The notes under the pieces: generated by a model
Databases searched by the model: none
What the model was told of the DNA's origin: nothing
What the model saw: the letters and a program-made list of their open reading frames with translations, nothing else
In this document: positions 1 through 10,824 of the stretch, in pieces
How the letters are laid out: each line of letters opens with the position of its first letter
Numbering within the stretch: the stretch's first letter is position 1
Position numbers and translations under genes: made by a program
Source: a virus
DNA length: 64,000 bases
Virus record (IMG/VR): IMGVR_UViG_3300006141_000001
Reading direction: 5' to 3' (one strand)

Positions 1-270
1 TTGTCAATGTACATTTTTTTGAAAATTTGACTTGAAATAGTCCAGAAAGTACGATAGAATATAATTGACTTTGGACTATGTTCAAATCATGTAATGAATG
101 ACAACTTCTAAACTTTGGTCGGGATAGGGTTGTCATTCTTTTTTCAAATTATATTCAAACATATTATTGCTCAACATAAGTATTTTACGCATTATGTATG
201 CCGTTTGAATACTTTTCGAATTATATTATTATTGTATGCTATCTGCATACATATGTCAAGGGGTGATTTT

Positions 271-519
271 ATGTTTTTATTTGATTGTCATAGTTTCGCA
301 TCACGTTTAAGAGATCTTCGCAATTCAGAAGGTTCAACAATGCTACAACTAGCAAATGCAATAGGTACTACAAAATCTACTATTAGCAATTTTGAAAACG
401 CTCAAAGAAAGCCAAGTATTGAGATGCTAATCAAAATTGCCGATCATTTTAATGTGTCTATTGATTTTTTAATAGGTCGCACTAATGATCCAGAATTTCA
501 CAAAAGAATTGATTATTGA
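271..519 (+). CDS. XRE-family HTH transcriptional regulator
   Basis: RLRDLR...QLANAIGTTKSTISNFENAQRKPSIEMLIKIADHFNVSIDFLIGR. ATG at 271 follows an AAGGGGTGA RBS; the track start at 115 is likely too long. Confidence 0.85.
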   Translation: MFLFDCHSFASRLRDLRNSEGSTMLQLANAIGTTKSTISNFENAQRKPSIEMLIKIADHFNVSIDFLIGRTNDPEFHKRIDY

Positions 520-525
520 ATTTAC

Positions 526-560
526 AAAAAAGAGTGTTGCTTATATTATGCAGCACTCTT
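526..560. terminator. Intrinsic terminator between convergent genes
   Basis: aagagtgttgc...gcagcactctt inverted repeat with flanking A tract. Confidence 0.6.
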
Positions 561-573
561 ACATATCAATATG

Positions 574-819
574 TCAAATTATATTATTTATTGGTCTTAT
601 AGTTTCTCTCTTTCCTTCAATAACATCAATGTAATATGTTACGTATTCATCAACCTCAAAGTCAGATGTGTTAATGGACGTCCATTCTTCATTTTCCAGT
701 AATCCACAACCCTTAGTAGAAACTAAACGCCCATCGTTTGAAATCCAAATAATGTCTCCTATTTCTAAACTTCCATCTGTGCTTTGTTTTGTTACAACAT
801 ATGGTTTTAATTTTTCCAT
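574..819 (-). CDS. Hypothetical phage protein
   Basis: 81-aa ORF, last gene of the leftward arm. Confidence 0.55.
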   Translation of the reverse strand: MEKLKPYVVTKQSTDGSLEIGDIIWISNDGRLVSTKGCGLLENEEWTSINTSDFEVDEYVTYYIDVIEGKRETIRPINNII

Positions 820-1135
820 ATCTGATGATTTTATATTAACCTCCTCAATAAATCTTGGAAACGCCTACTATATGCATCTTCCAATGATTGTAACATATTT
901 TCTCAATTTAGAATCCTGTATCCTGCTAATTCCTTCATTATTTAATGTTTTCTTAAATTGTTGTATAATAGTCAAGTATCCATTTTTCATATGTAAATAC
1001 TCTCCTTCCTCAAAATTGTGTGCGATAGCGAAATTATTCTTACTTCTGTCGGCTTTGTTTCATCTTTACGGGAATCGCATACGCTTTCCTCGTAAAGATA
1101 ACACCGACTTATGCAAATACACTAATATAATAACT

Positions 1136-1218
1136 TAGATGGAAAGGATTCGAACCTCCATGCCCCCGCAGGGCAACCACATTAAAAAATGCGTACCTTA
1201 CAATTCAGTCACCATCCA
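1136..1218 (-). pseudogene. Degenerate long-variable-arm tRNA (Leu/Ser-like scaffold)
   Basis: Minus strand: TGGATGG/CCATCTA acceptor, GGAGGTTCGAATCCTTT T arm, TGCCC-TGCGG-GGGCA variable arm. The anticodon loop is only 6 nt (CGCAT-TTTTTA-ATGTG). Confidence 0.6.
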
Positions 1219-1279
1219 AAACGTATGACAGATTGCAAATCATTCAATATTGCAACTCATATAAACTGCGGAACATCTG

Positions 1280-2365
1280 CTAAATGCCAGATTTTAATAA
1301 TTCCAACCTTTCACAAAACATCTGGTAAAATTGCGGCAATTCGCAAAAACATTCTTTACCAACATCTTTTAATTGATTTAACCCAATCCTTTTTACAGAT
1401 TTAATGGCAGCATCTTTTTGAGTAATATGTTCCCCAAACATAGTCTGACAATTTGCTCCCTCTATATTGTCGTAAGCATTAAATGATTGGTTGAAATCCA
1501 TAAGATCGTATAATCTAATCGGCTTATTATTTGAATTTCTAACCAAAACTCCCCAATTGCCCCAATGCCTATCCGTATTCCCAATCAAATAATCTATGAT
1601 ATTCATCATATAATAATTGTGTCTATCCAGGGAAAGTATATAATTTTTTGTATTTCTGTTATGATTCAAAGAATATATTTCAAAAAACTCCATAGGCACA
1701 ATTGAGTAATCTATGCTTGTAATATTACTGCTTACGCTTACTTTTTCTCCATCAAAATAGTCTCTTTCATATAATACCTGTGCAACATCAAAACACCTGC
1801 ATATTTTGCTGGCAAGAATTTCACGCTCAACCGCATCTTGATCCCCATCTTTTAATAACCTAAATCCACTCTCAACCCTCTGCCAAGCTTTTGGGAAACA
1901 GCCATTTGTTGACAAATCCCTGGCCAAACACTCATTTTGTACCGTATACTGTCTTCCTCTCAAAGCAATGTCAATAAAAGTATTATTCAGATGATTTTCA
2001 TACAAATTTATTTCACTAAATGAAATCTTTTCTTTGCTTAATTTAACCCAAAAAACATCTGTTAACGAAGCACATCTATATGATAACGCGATTTTTGCCC
2101 TTTCTTTATCTGTTACTGCTTGTAGCATACCTATGCTATTTAATATCTCTTTTGCATATTTTCTATCTAAAGTAAGGACTCTTGTGGCACACCAATAATT
2201 AAAATTTGTAATATTATTAACTAACGTGTCCACATCTTCGTCCTCTTCTAAATACAAATTATATGGCATAAACGAACTAAAATATATCTTACAATGTCCA
2301 GATTCGCTAATTCTTGCAACCCTTCTGTCCATATGCATAATCTCATATATTATCTTCTCATCCAT
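1280..2365 (-). CDS. HipA-like Ser/Thr kinase domain protein
   Basis: TNGCFPKAW, DYLIGNTDRHWGNWG catalytic loop and LYDLMDF. Extended -10 (TGATATAAT) and RBS upstream. Confidence 0.8.
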   Translation of the reverse strand: MDEKIIYEIMHMDRRVARISESGHCKIYFSSFMPYNLYLEEDEDVDTLVNNITNFNYWCATRVLTLDRKYAKEILNSIGMLQAVTDKERAKIALSYRCASLTDVFWVKLSKEKISFSEINLYENHLNNTFIDIALRGRQYTVQNECLARDLSTNGCFPKAWQRVESGFRLLKDGDQDAVEREILASKICRCFDVAQVLYERDYFDGEKVSVSSNITSIDYSIVPMEFFEIYSLNHNRNTKNYILSLDRHNYYMMNIIDYLIGNTDRHWGNWGVLVRNSNNKPIRLYDLMDFNQSFNAYDNIEGANCQTMFGEHITQKDAAIKSVKRIGLNQLKDVGKECFCELPQFYQMFCERLELLKSGI

Positions 2366-2574
2366 TTAACCACCTCTTTTCATTATATCAAATAATTTGC
2401 TTATGATTATAATTCACATCAATTCCAACTGTTGCTGTTCCGTAAAACATAATATACTTTTCAGTATTTGCCGCATTTGTTTTTCTCCAATTCTATTTAC
2501 AGTAAAAATGTAACCATCTTTAGAATAAACAGAATCTCCAATTTTTATTTTCTCGGCCTTTTTATGTGCCATAG

Positions 2575-4370
2575 GTAACTATTCAGAACCCCCCTCATTC
2601 AAAGATGAAATCCGAGTGACCTGAAATTGCATTTTTGATTGCTTCGTAAGCATTGTATCCCTGCTTATGTGCTGTACCAACGTAGGACATGATTTTCAGA
2701 TAATCTCTGGCTCCTTCTTCCGTTCGGAAACAGCCGGATACTTTGGTCTTGACCTTTATCATCCGTAGATCACGCTCCGCCTGGTTATTATCAAACGGAA
2801 CCATGAAGTTATGGATAAAAAGGCAGACTGATCCCTTGTATTTCGCAAGGCGTTCTACCAGGGCAAGGATTTTCCCTTTTTTCTTCCGTCCACGCTTTTT
2901 CTTTGCGGTTTCCGGAAGGGGATTTTCTTTCCTTGCCAGTTCGAGGAGTTCATCATACTTCTTATCGAACTTATGACAGTGATAGTAGCTCAGGGAGTCC
3001 TTGCCCTTCCCTACAGCTTTCTCTTTAACCTTTTTCATTTCCAGTAAAAGGTTTATAAATCCAGATGCCCATCTCTGCCCGGGATGGTTTTCACTGATCC
3101 CGGCCAGCTCATGGAGAAGATGGGCACAGCAGACTGCATGCTGAATATCCGGATAATTCCAGTAGGAAGCCCAGCAGTCATGCATGGCAATCCCTTTGAA
3201 TTCCGGAAGAACGCCGCATTGCTCCATACCTGCAGTTCCACGTTTGGGACTGATATCAAGATAGGTGTATTCACAGTTTGAGGCGCCATGAACCCACCAG
3301 AGTTTTTTATCCACTCTGGTTCCGGTTTCGTCGAAATGTCCAAGCGCAGAACCGATCATCTTATCCTTGATCTTACCTACTGTTTCACTCAGACTGTCAG
3401 CGCATCTTTTTACCATGCTGCTGACCGTTCCTGTTGCAATCGGAATGTTAAATACTCCGGAAAGAATCTCATGGGTACGTTTGATGCTGACTGCGCCTAC
3501 GGTATTTAGTGCAACAGCTAATGCCTGAAGGTTTTCACCATACTGTACGGTTGCTTTTACGCCAGAAGGGAAAGCGCCTCTGCGGGTGTCCCCATGCAGC
3601 ATACAGATTGGAAGCTCCAGTGCCTGATGCTCCGTCACATTGACTGTAACAGCTGCATCAATCACATGGCGCTTTTCTGCAATGCATGCGGTGCTTTTGC
3701 ACATCTGATAGTGTGGGCATCCTTCGCATGGGGACGGCATATGCCTGACGGTTTCATCCGGGGCTGTTACCACCGCCAGATGTGTCCCCTGGTGCCCACT
3801 CTGCCCACCGGCCTTTTTCCCGGATGGCTTCCGGAGGCTCTTTGGGGGCAGGCTTTTTAAAGCCATCGGTGGATGGCGGTTTGGAACTATTTTGGGAATT
3901 CTTGTTAAGCTGTTCCTTCAGTTCCTGTATGGTCTGATTGAGTCGGGCAATCAACTGGGACTGGGCAGCGACTGTTGCTGATAATGTTTCATTTTGTTGT
4001 AATAGCTGTTTGATCAGTTCATCGTGTTTCAATCAGGCCACCTTCTTTCGGTAAATTTGATACTTCTATTATACTGGAAAATAAGCCAAAAAGCGAATCA
4101 TATTGTTTTGGTGTACTGTCAAAATGACTGTGGATAACTAGAAAAAAGCAGGGGTTAACTGCCGATAACTCTTGGATAAAATCCACAGATAGTACATTAT
4201 TTGGCTATAATCAGGGATTGATGGTTCCATAATCCACAGGCCAGAAGCATTTGGCAGTTATATTAAAAAGTTATCCACTTTTTGCAATAAAACAATGGTA
4301 AAACAGAAAATTTATTTTCTCTGTTTTGACCAAAAATTAATATACCCTAAACGGGGTGCTGAATAGTTAC
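2575..4370 (-). mobile_element. IS66-family element (single-transposase type), 1796 bp
   Basis: Terminal IRs GTAACTATTCAGAACCCC / GGGGTGCTGAATAGTTAC. 8-bp target duplication TGCCATAG at 2567-2574 and 4371-4378. Higher GC than flanks. Confidence 0.95.
2595..4032 (-). pseudogene. IS66 transposase split by a 1-nt frameshift near 3845
   Basis: N-terminal coiled coil plus NSQNSSKPPSTDG (3754-4032) continues into KSLRKPSGKKAGGQ, DETG and DNNQAERDLR (2595-3866) after an extra base in a C run. Confidence 0.85.
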
Positions 4371-4418
4371 TGCCATAGTTTATATACTCCAAATAAAAAT
4401 CGAACATTTATTATAACC

Positions 4419-5159
4419 TTACATAAAGTACTTACACTTTTCCAAATAGAACTGCTGCTCTTTTCCAAACAGACTTTTCAACTTTTTCAAAGATTTTTCT
4501 TCTCTATATTCTTTCAAAGCCTCCAAATATTCGTTTCTTTTTACATCTTCAACCACAACAGGTACAATACTATTCTTTAGACATTCTCTGAAAAGAATCA
4601 GCCTGCCTGTTCTACCATTTCCATCCTGAAACGGATGAATGCTTTCGTATCTAGCATGAAACTCAGCCAATACAGAAATATTTATATCCTGATTATTATA
4701 CCACTCCATAAGTAAATACATCTCATGTGTCACATTTTCTGGTCTTACAGTCTGATACATGCCAATCATATTAGGACGCTTCTTATAATCACCAATAGCA
4801 TATCCATTGGCACGATCTTCAAATACTCCAGATTTCAACTCATAATGGAATCGTTTTATCAGTTCCTGCGATAATGCCTTATCCAACGTATCCAACATCT
4901 TATTAAACATAAGAAAATGCCCATTCATTTCCTCAACATCCTTCGCCCTATAATAATCGTTAGATTTTGGCAAAGTTCCATTATCAAACAAAGAAGCTGT
5001 TTGTTCCTCCGTAAGTGTACTTCCCTCAATTTTATTTGAATTATAGGCAAGTAAACGCTGCGTATATGCATATACGCCAGATCGGTCAAACTTCTCTCTT
5101 TCTATTTTAAATCTTTCTAAAAGGAAATCTAAAAAATCTTTATTTGTAGGATTGCTCAT
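4419..5159 (-). CDS. Fic-domain protein (class II-like, auto-inhibited)
   Basis: HPFQDGNGRTGR catalytic motif; N-terminal SNKIEG matches the (S/T)xxxE(G/N) inhibitory motif. Confidence 0.9.
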   Translation of the reverse strand: MSNPTNKDFLDFLLERFKIEREKFDRSGVYAYTQRLLAYNSNKIEGSTLTEEQTASLFDNGTLPKSNDYYRAKDVEEMNGHFLMFNKMLDTLDKALSQELIKRFHYELKSGVFEDRANGYAIGDYKKRPNMIGMYQTVRPENVTHEMYLLMEWYNNQDINISVLAEFHARYESIHPFQDGNGRTGRLILFRECLKNSIVPVVVEDVKRNEYLEALKEYREEKSLKKLKSLFGKEQQFYLEKCKYFM

Positions 5160-5185
5160 GTCAACACCTCACATATATTATTAAT

Positions 5186-5717
5186 TATCCAAGTTCCCGA
5201 ATCATTTTCTTTACTCGTTCAATCTCATCATTTGTATGTGGTGTTCCGCCAGAATTCATATCCACATACCATTGTAATACTTCTTTTTCTGTTTTCAAAT
5301 CATTTACATTACTGCATCAGTAATATTTATTCTATCCTCATATTCAGAGAAATAAGATCCAAACACTTTGATTTCGTTGTTTATGAATCTCTGTGCTGCA
5401 GTTATTCTTTGTAAACCATCTACACATACATAGTCTTTATATTCACCATCTTTAGGTTGCCTATCACTATGCCAAAATGGATTGTTCAGATAAATTGTAT
5501 TTCCCGATTTTCCTCCTCTAAGATGATATTCTAACCATGCAATCTGTTGATTCTCAGTCCAAACATGTCCACGCTGAAATTCCGGATTCAGTTGCAAACT
5601 CATCTCTTCTATTTCTTCTGCGATGTATTTCACAAGACTTGGAAGAGGGTAACACACATTGTAATTACCATCAGTTGTAAATTGCTTTATATCCTTGAAT
5701 TTTGTTATTTTCTCCAT
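5186..5717 (-). pseudogene. Solo DUF262 (ParB-like/GmrS N-terminal) protein, frame-disrupted near 5310
   Basis: LNPEFQRGHVW and DGLQR motifs; the C-terminus VNDLKTEKEVLQWYVDMNSGG continues in another frame. Confidence 0.7.
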
Positions 5718-5864
5718 AATATCACCTCTGATCTACGACTTAAAACTAGATTTTTATTTAATTCAAATACATTTTTAAATCATACCAAAAACCATTTTTC
5801 CCCCAACTTTTGATGTTTTCAATTATTATATCATTTTGAGATAACCATCTCTTAATCTCAATTT

Positions 5865-6218
5865 CTATATTTTTTTCGCCTCTCGATCTGCATGAAGTAT
5901 TTCTAAATAGTATTCATCCATATCACGCTTTTCATAAGATATTCTACCACTATAAGAATAATCAACTTCACTTATATGAAAATTTATTTTTAAAACTTTC
6001 CTATCTGTATATATTCTTTTTCCAAACCAATTTTCTATGTATTCATTTTCAGGAGATACATTTCTAAAAGATTCTTTTATAATATCCACAAATATATTAA
6101 CGACTTTTTTGATATCTTCTTCTCTATACTTATCTTTATCAACTTTCATCTGCTCTACCTTTTCTCTTGATGTCATAATATCTCCTTTTTCATTTATCAT
6201 TTCATCTCGAAAATTCAT
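5865..6218 (-). CDS. Hypothetical protein (probably frameshifted at 3' A run)
   Basis: ORF with RBS; ends in an A7 run. Confidence 0.45.
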   Translation of the reverse strand: MNFRDEMINEKGDIMTSREKVEQMKVDKDKYREEDIKKVVNIFVDIIKESFRNVSPENEYIENWFGKRIYTDRKVLKINFHISEVDYSYSGRISYEKRDMDEYYLEILHADREAKKI

Positions 6219-6495
6219 ACAACCCCCCTTAAAAAAAGCATTTTATTTAACTATAATATTTTCCTTTATAAAATCATCTATAATAGAATTAAATAAAGTT
6301 CTAACTTCCTCAATATCCTCAAGCGATACATTGTCCATTGTATATCATATCATGTATTTTCTACAGTAATTCTAATATTTAATTCTTATCCATACATCTT
6401 CCTCCAATTTATAACATAACTAATTCTTTTACTTTATCTGGATTTATATTCATGTTATCCCCATCCACACATAAAAATAGCTTTCAAAATCTAAT

Positions 6496-6957
6496 CTATT
6501 CTATTCTAATCTCCACAGGTTTTCCAATAATCTTTTCATTAAATAGAGTTTCCGCAATAGAATCCAGATCATCAAAATAATAATCAAACTCATCACTCTG
6601 GAACCCATCTTCTGTATCATTGATATAATAAGTCTGTTCTGTATCTGTTTCTATCGCTAAAACAATACTATCAAAATCTTTTCCTTTTGCATCATCATAA
6701 GCAGAATTGACTTCCTCAATGAAATCATCAACTGTATACCCAGGAGGAATTTCTACATCTCTACAAGAAGAAATTTCAATTGCATAGATGATCCGTTCTC
6801 CATCACCTCTTCTCTCAACAGCATCCGCCCGAAGATCATTTTCATTATTCCACCAACAATAAGATACATTTCCATCTACATCCTCTGTAAGTAAAAAAAA
6901 AGGACTCTCTGGCTGTATAAAAGGTTTTCCACCATCTAATGCTTTAAATTCACTCAT
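6496..6957 (-). CDS. Hypothetical acidic phage protein
   Basis: 153-aa ORF with GGAGG RBS. Confidence 0.6.
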   Translation of the reverse strand: MSEFKALDGGKPFIQPESPFFLLTEDVDGNVSYCWWNNENDLRADAVERRGDGERIIYAIEISSCRDVEIPPGYTVDDFIEEVNSAYDDAKGKDFDSIVLAIETDTEQTYYINDTEDGFQSDEFDYYFDDLDSIAETLFNEKIIGKPVEIRIE

Positions 6958-7031
6958 AATATTTCCTCCAATATTTTCAACAATTACTTCTTCAAATTTA
7001 ACTATAGGGATTGATTATCTCAACCCCTATA

Positions 7032-7295
7032 TCAATCATTATAATGTCCCTTACAAGATTTTACAATAATTTGGTCATCAGAAACCTCATAAATCAAACG
7101 ATTTGCTTCATCTATTCGCCTACTAAATGAACCAGACTTTCCATATTTTAACGGCTCTGGTTTACCTATTCCATGTAATACTCCATCCCGTTCTATACTT
7201 TGCAATAACTGGTTTATCTTCTTTACTATCTTTTTATCCTGAGTCTGCCAATAGAGATATTCACTCCATCCGTCTTCTGCAAAAGTGGTTTTCAT
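7032..7295 (-). CDS. yoeB: Txe/YoeB family toxin
   Basis: WSEYLYWQTQDKK...GIGKPEPLK...SRRIDEANRLIY...SCKGHY. Confidence 0.95.
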   Translation of the reverse strand: MKTTFAEDGWSEYLYWQTQDKKIVKKINQLLQSIERDGVLHGIGKPEPLKYGKSGSFSRRIDEANRLIYEVSDDQIIVKSCKGHYND

Positions 7296-7298
7296 AGA

Positions 7299-7556
7299 CT
7301 ATTCCTCCATTGCCAGAAGTTCATCCATAGTTTTTGTTACCACCTGACCGTTTTTAATCTGCTCATCTGCCCTATTCAATTTTTCCAAATACTCAGCATT
7401 CTTCTTAGCTTTTGCTAATTCGTTATATTCTGCCTCTGAAATAATAACAACATTTTTGTTCTCTTTACGGGAAACAATCACCGGCTCCCCATCAAATGCC
7501 ATATCAAAATATTTTTTTATATTTGCCCTTACATCCATCTGTTTTGTTGCAATCAT
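7299..7556 (-). CDS. yefM: Phd/YefM family antitoxin
   Basis: VRANIKKYFD...EPVIVSRKENKNVVIISEAEYNEL, directly upstream of yoeB. Confidence 0.92.
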   Translation of the reverse strand: MIATKQMDVRANIKKYFDMAFDGEPVIVSRKENKNVVIISEAEYNELAKAKKNAEYLEKLNRADEQIKNGQVVTKTMDELLAMEE

Positions 7557-7570
7557 AACACACCTCTTTC

Positions 7571-7632
7571 TGTACTTAAAACCGTACTGTTTATTGTACT
7601 TATATTATATGCTGTTATTATACACAAGTCAA
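7571..7632 (-). promoter_or_regulatory. Sigma-A promoter and TGTAC-type operator of yefM-yoeB
   Basis: TTGACT-17-TATAAT on the minus strand (7632-7604); three GTAC-core repeats at 7571-7600. Confidence 0.8.
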
Positions 7633-7638
7633 CAGAAT

Positions 7639-7854
7639 TTATGAGCTAAAATCGCTTTCATAATAACTGCATGGAGCTTCACACTCTCCTGATGATGTAG
7701 CAGCCGGATTTTTACCACATAATCCATTATTCCTCATATGTCTACATCCCTCTTTTCTTTTCCCTAAATTGCGAGAATTACAATTATTACAATGATATGA
7801 TTTTTCTTTTTCATCATATCTAATATCCATATTACCACAATCCAAACAAATCAT
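7639..7854 (-). CDS. Small Cys-rich (zinc-ribbon) protein
   Basis: CxxC...CxxC; GGAGG RBS. Confidence 0.55.
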   Translation of the reverse strand: MICLDCGNMDIRYDEKEKSYHCNNCNSRNLGKRKEGCRHMRNNGLCGKNPAATSSGECEAPCSYYESDFSS

Positions 7855-7888
7855 AATTTACCTCCACTTGAAAGCAACAATTCATTGC

Positions 7889-8353
7889 CTATTTTAATTC
7901 ATAAAACGCTACACATTCTGGGTTTTCAGTTAAATCATTATTGATCACTATTTTTTCTTTATATACATAATGCTTTTCATCCAATTTAATAATTCTTACC
8001 CTGTGATATTCTCCACCAGGAGCATCAGAATAATATGATTCATATCCAGCACTATCCTCTATAATTTCACCATTTCTAAATAATTCGTCCGATGTAATAC
8101 TTTTATCTACTTCATCAAGTATTTCTTGAAAAGACTTACTATCAGCAGAATATCCGCCCAAAATTTTTACACTCTTAACTCCTATTTCTTCATTAGCATT
8201 AACCTGTTCTTTTCTTTCAATATTCCAAACAGAATATCTATTTTCTCTGAATAACTGAATAGCCCTTACTATATCATCAGATATACAAATTCCAGAAAAT
8301 AAGGAACCTGTGTTACCATCAATACCATTTACTTCATATATATGTTTAATCAT
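7889..8353 (-). CDS. Hypothetical phage protein
   Basis: 154-aa ORF with GGAGG RBS. Confidence 0.6.
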   Translation of the reverse strand: MIKHIYEVNGIDGNTGSLFSGICISDDIVRAIQLFRENRYSVWNIERKEQVNANEEIGVKSVKILGGYSADSKSFQEILDEVDKSITSDELFRNGEIIEDSAGYESYYSDAPGGEYHRVRIIKLDEKHYVYKEKIVINNDLTENPECVAFYELK

Positions 8354-8842
8354 TCTTATTCCTCCAAATTTCTAATTACGCTACTTTCCTTCTTCTCTTA
8401 ACATTTCTGATTTTCCACATTTTCCTTTCAGGAATATAACACCCTCCCCATAATACGGTAGGATCAGAAATAGTTATCAATTTCTCCCAGTTACAGTCAT
8501 AGCACTCAATATCATCAGGAACCTCAGCTTCCCAACACGGAACTTTGTGTTTAAGGTGATTCAGTGATTGATTGCTCTTGTGTCCGTCTACAAAACACTA
8601 GATGCCATATCTTAAGTCTTCTAAGTATTCTTTATAGAAAGCAACCTTTTGTTCATGAATACGCTGGATTTCATATCTTAAAAACTCAGGCCTCTATATT
8701 AAATTCGCCAGAAAGATGATACTGGATATGTTCGGCGTGATGTGCCTGCTCCTGTGGTTCAAATGCTGCTACTGAATATCGGATAATCTTCATAAACATT
8801 CCTCTTTTAAAACAATATTAACCCCTTTACACTTTTTCAAAA

Positions 8843-9175
8843 TTATGCCTTTACAAATGCTAAATTTTCTAAATCTGGCTTGATACTTTCCCACGCTTCC
8901 ATTACAGCCTCTTTCAACTTATCTTCACCAACAAATTCTATGTATTTTTCTTTAACATATTGTTCACGTCCTTTTTGATCTAATTGTCTATACTCATATC
9001 TGTCCCTAATCGTTGTGGATAAATATGTATATTTCCGCTGTCTTGAAGTCTTATATCCTATATCGACAATTTGCCAAATATTATTATTTTGATAGCCATA
9101 TCCTACCTGCAAATCTACCACAATAATAATATCTTGGTTATTCTCTGTTCTATACTTTAAAGCATCTATCCTCAT
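8843..9175 (-). CDS. Hypothetical phage protein
   Basis: 110-aa ORF with RBS. Confidence 0.6.
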   Translation of the reverse strand: MRIDALKYRTENNQDIIIVVDLQVGYGYQNNNIWQIVDIGYKTSRQRKYTYLSTTIRDRYEYRQLDQKGREQYVKEKYIEFVGEDKLKEAVMEAWESIKPDLENLAFVKA

Positions 9176-9211
9176 ACATTATCCTCCATTTTTTGCTATG
9201 AAGACCAGATT

Positions 9212-9490
9212 TTAATGTTTATTTATATTCAAAATCTCTTCCGCTGTCCTTCTCTCAAATTCAGACCATCTAAATTCTTCTGTCGAAAAATCGCTCTCAA
9301 CAGAATCATCATAAACATCTATTTCTGCGTCTTTATATAACTTTTCGATTGCTTTAATTATTTTATTTTTGTCAGACATAAATTCAAACTTATCTGGATT
9401 TTCTTTTATATAATCTAATACTTTTTGACCATCTTCATCTGATAACGAGCATGTATAATACACAGTTGCTACTGCTTCAATCTTAAACAT
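9212..9490 (-). CDS. Hypothetical phage protein
   Basis: 92-aa ORF with GGAGGTG RBS. Confidence 0.6.
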   Translation of the reverse strand: MFKIEAVATVYYTCSLSDEDGQKVLDYIKENPDKFEFMSDKNKIIKAIEKLYKDAEIDVYDDSVESDFSTEEFRWSEFERRTAEEILNINKH

Positions 9491-9621
9491 ATCTCTTCAC
9501 CTCCATTAACACCTCCATTAATGAATTCATCCCAAGTATAATATTAATTAAACACATCTTGCCTCCGCTTAAAATAATATTTTATCTACTAAATTCAACT
9601 AGATTTCCATTGTATTGTATT

Positions 9622-9864
9622 CTATTCAATTGGTTTTCTGTTTACAACCAAGACAGGTTTAATTGTGCTTGCTAATTCCAACCAATTTACACTTACATGC
9701 TTTTGTTCAATTTCTCCATCTTCTGTCTCAAAATCAACATCACACTCATCATCAGACTCCCATGCATAACCAATAAAAGTACCATACTGTTTCAAATTCC
9801 TATGATATACTCTATCTCCATGCTTAAATTTTTTATCCATACTTATATACTCCATTCTATACAT
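9622..9864 (-). CDS. Small SH3-like barrel hypothetical protein
   Basis: FKHGDRVYH pattern; overlaps the upstream ORF stop. Confidence 0.55.
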   Translation of the reverse strand: MYRMEYISMDKKFKHGDRVYHRNLKQYGTFIGYAWESDDECDVDFETEDGEIEQKHVSVNWLELASTIKPVLVVNRKPIE

Positions 9865-10087
9865 TGCTAGGTAAATAATGTCCTTCTATGTGATACTCTC
9901 CCTCTTCCAAAACCAATGACGTATTTTTCCTTGCCCATTCTACTAATTCCTTCGGACTCAAAAAATACTTTGCTACATTAAAATCTCTTCCACACAACGG
10001 AAGGCCTTCACCAGGCTCTTCACAATCTGAAACGTAATCATTATTTTCATTATTTAGAACTATAAAATATCTCCATTCACATTCCAT
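9857..10087 (-). CDS. Hypothetical phage protein
   Basis: GAGGTG RBS, tightly packed. Confidence 0.55.
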   Translation of the reverse strand: MECEWRYFIVLNNENNDYVSDCEEPGEGLPLCGRDFNVAKYFLSPKELVEWARKNTSLVLEEGEYHIEGHYLPSNV

Positions 10088-10108
10088 TTTATCACCTCAA
10101 CCATTATC

Positions 10109-10360
10109 TTACTTTTTATAATTTCCCAAAGCTTCTTTTACATCATTAATAATATTGCATGAATGATATTTATAAAAAACTGTCTTATCAAGGTAATCAA
10201 TAAGAGTATGCATTATTTCTTTATCAAATGATTCCTCATATTTGAACAACTTCTCTAACGGTTCCTGCATAGACTGATTAGTTTCAAAATCAGCCTCTCC
10301 ATATACAAACATATCTCCATAACCAAAATTTATTTTTTGTACTAATCGTCCCATATTCAC
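10109..10360 (-). CDS. Hypothetical phage protein
   Basis: Coupled to the upstream ORF by a GTGA overlap. Confidence 0.5.
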   Translation of the reverse strand: MNMGRLVQKINFGYGDMFVYGEADFETNQSMQEPLEKLFKYEESFDKEIMHTLIDYLDKTVFYKYHSCNIINDVKEALGNYKK

Positions 10361-10525
10361 TTTACCTCACATCTGGCAGCATACTTCAAAATATCATCAT
10401 CTGTTGAATATGTATCCTCCCATCCTGAAACAGTATAACTTTCACCACTCTTAATGTCGTTTACAATTCCTCTTAGTTCTTCGCCATCTAATTTATATAA
10501 ACATTTCCAAGTAATCATTTTACCA

Positions 10526-10792
10526 TTACCCTTCTTCACAAGCAACATACTTCTCAAAACTATCATCTATTATCATATGCTCTTCATCATTCCATGCATT
10601 TAGTACAATACTCTTATCTTTTTCCGATGTAAGCTCATACCAATGACAATGATGATCGTCAGGAAAATCATCTTTGTCAGTGACCTTATATTGATCGCCA
10701 CATTTAATATCAAAATCAGGATTACTCATTTCTAAGCATCGTGCATTCACAGTATTTTTACATGCAAGTACATCTCCAATATTATATAACAC
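10526..10792 (-). CDS. Hypothetical phage protein
   Basis: 88-aa ORF with GAGGAG RBS. Confidence 0.55.
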   Translation of the reverse strand: MLYNIGDVLACKNTVNARCLEMSNPDFDIKCGDQYKVTDKDDFPDDHHCHWYELTSEKDKSIVLNAWNDEEHMIIDDSFEKYVACEEG

Positions 10793-10824
10793 AATTTTCT
10801 CCTCTCAATGAAAATCGAAATTCG

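Noticed and set aside
3835-3866. Programmed frameshift in the IS66 transposase
   Set aside because: This transposase type is normally one ORF; a single extra base in a C run explains it as a mutation or sequencing error
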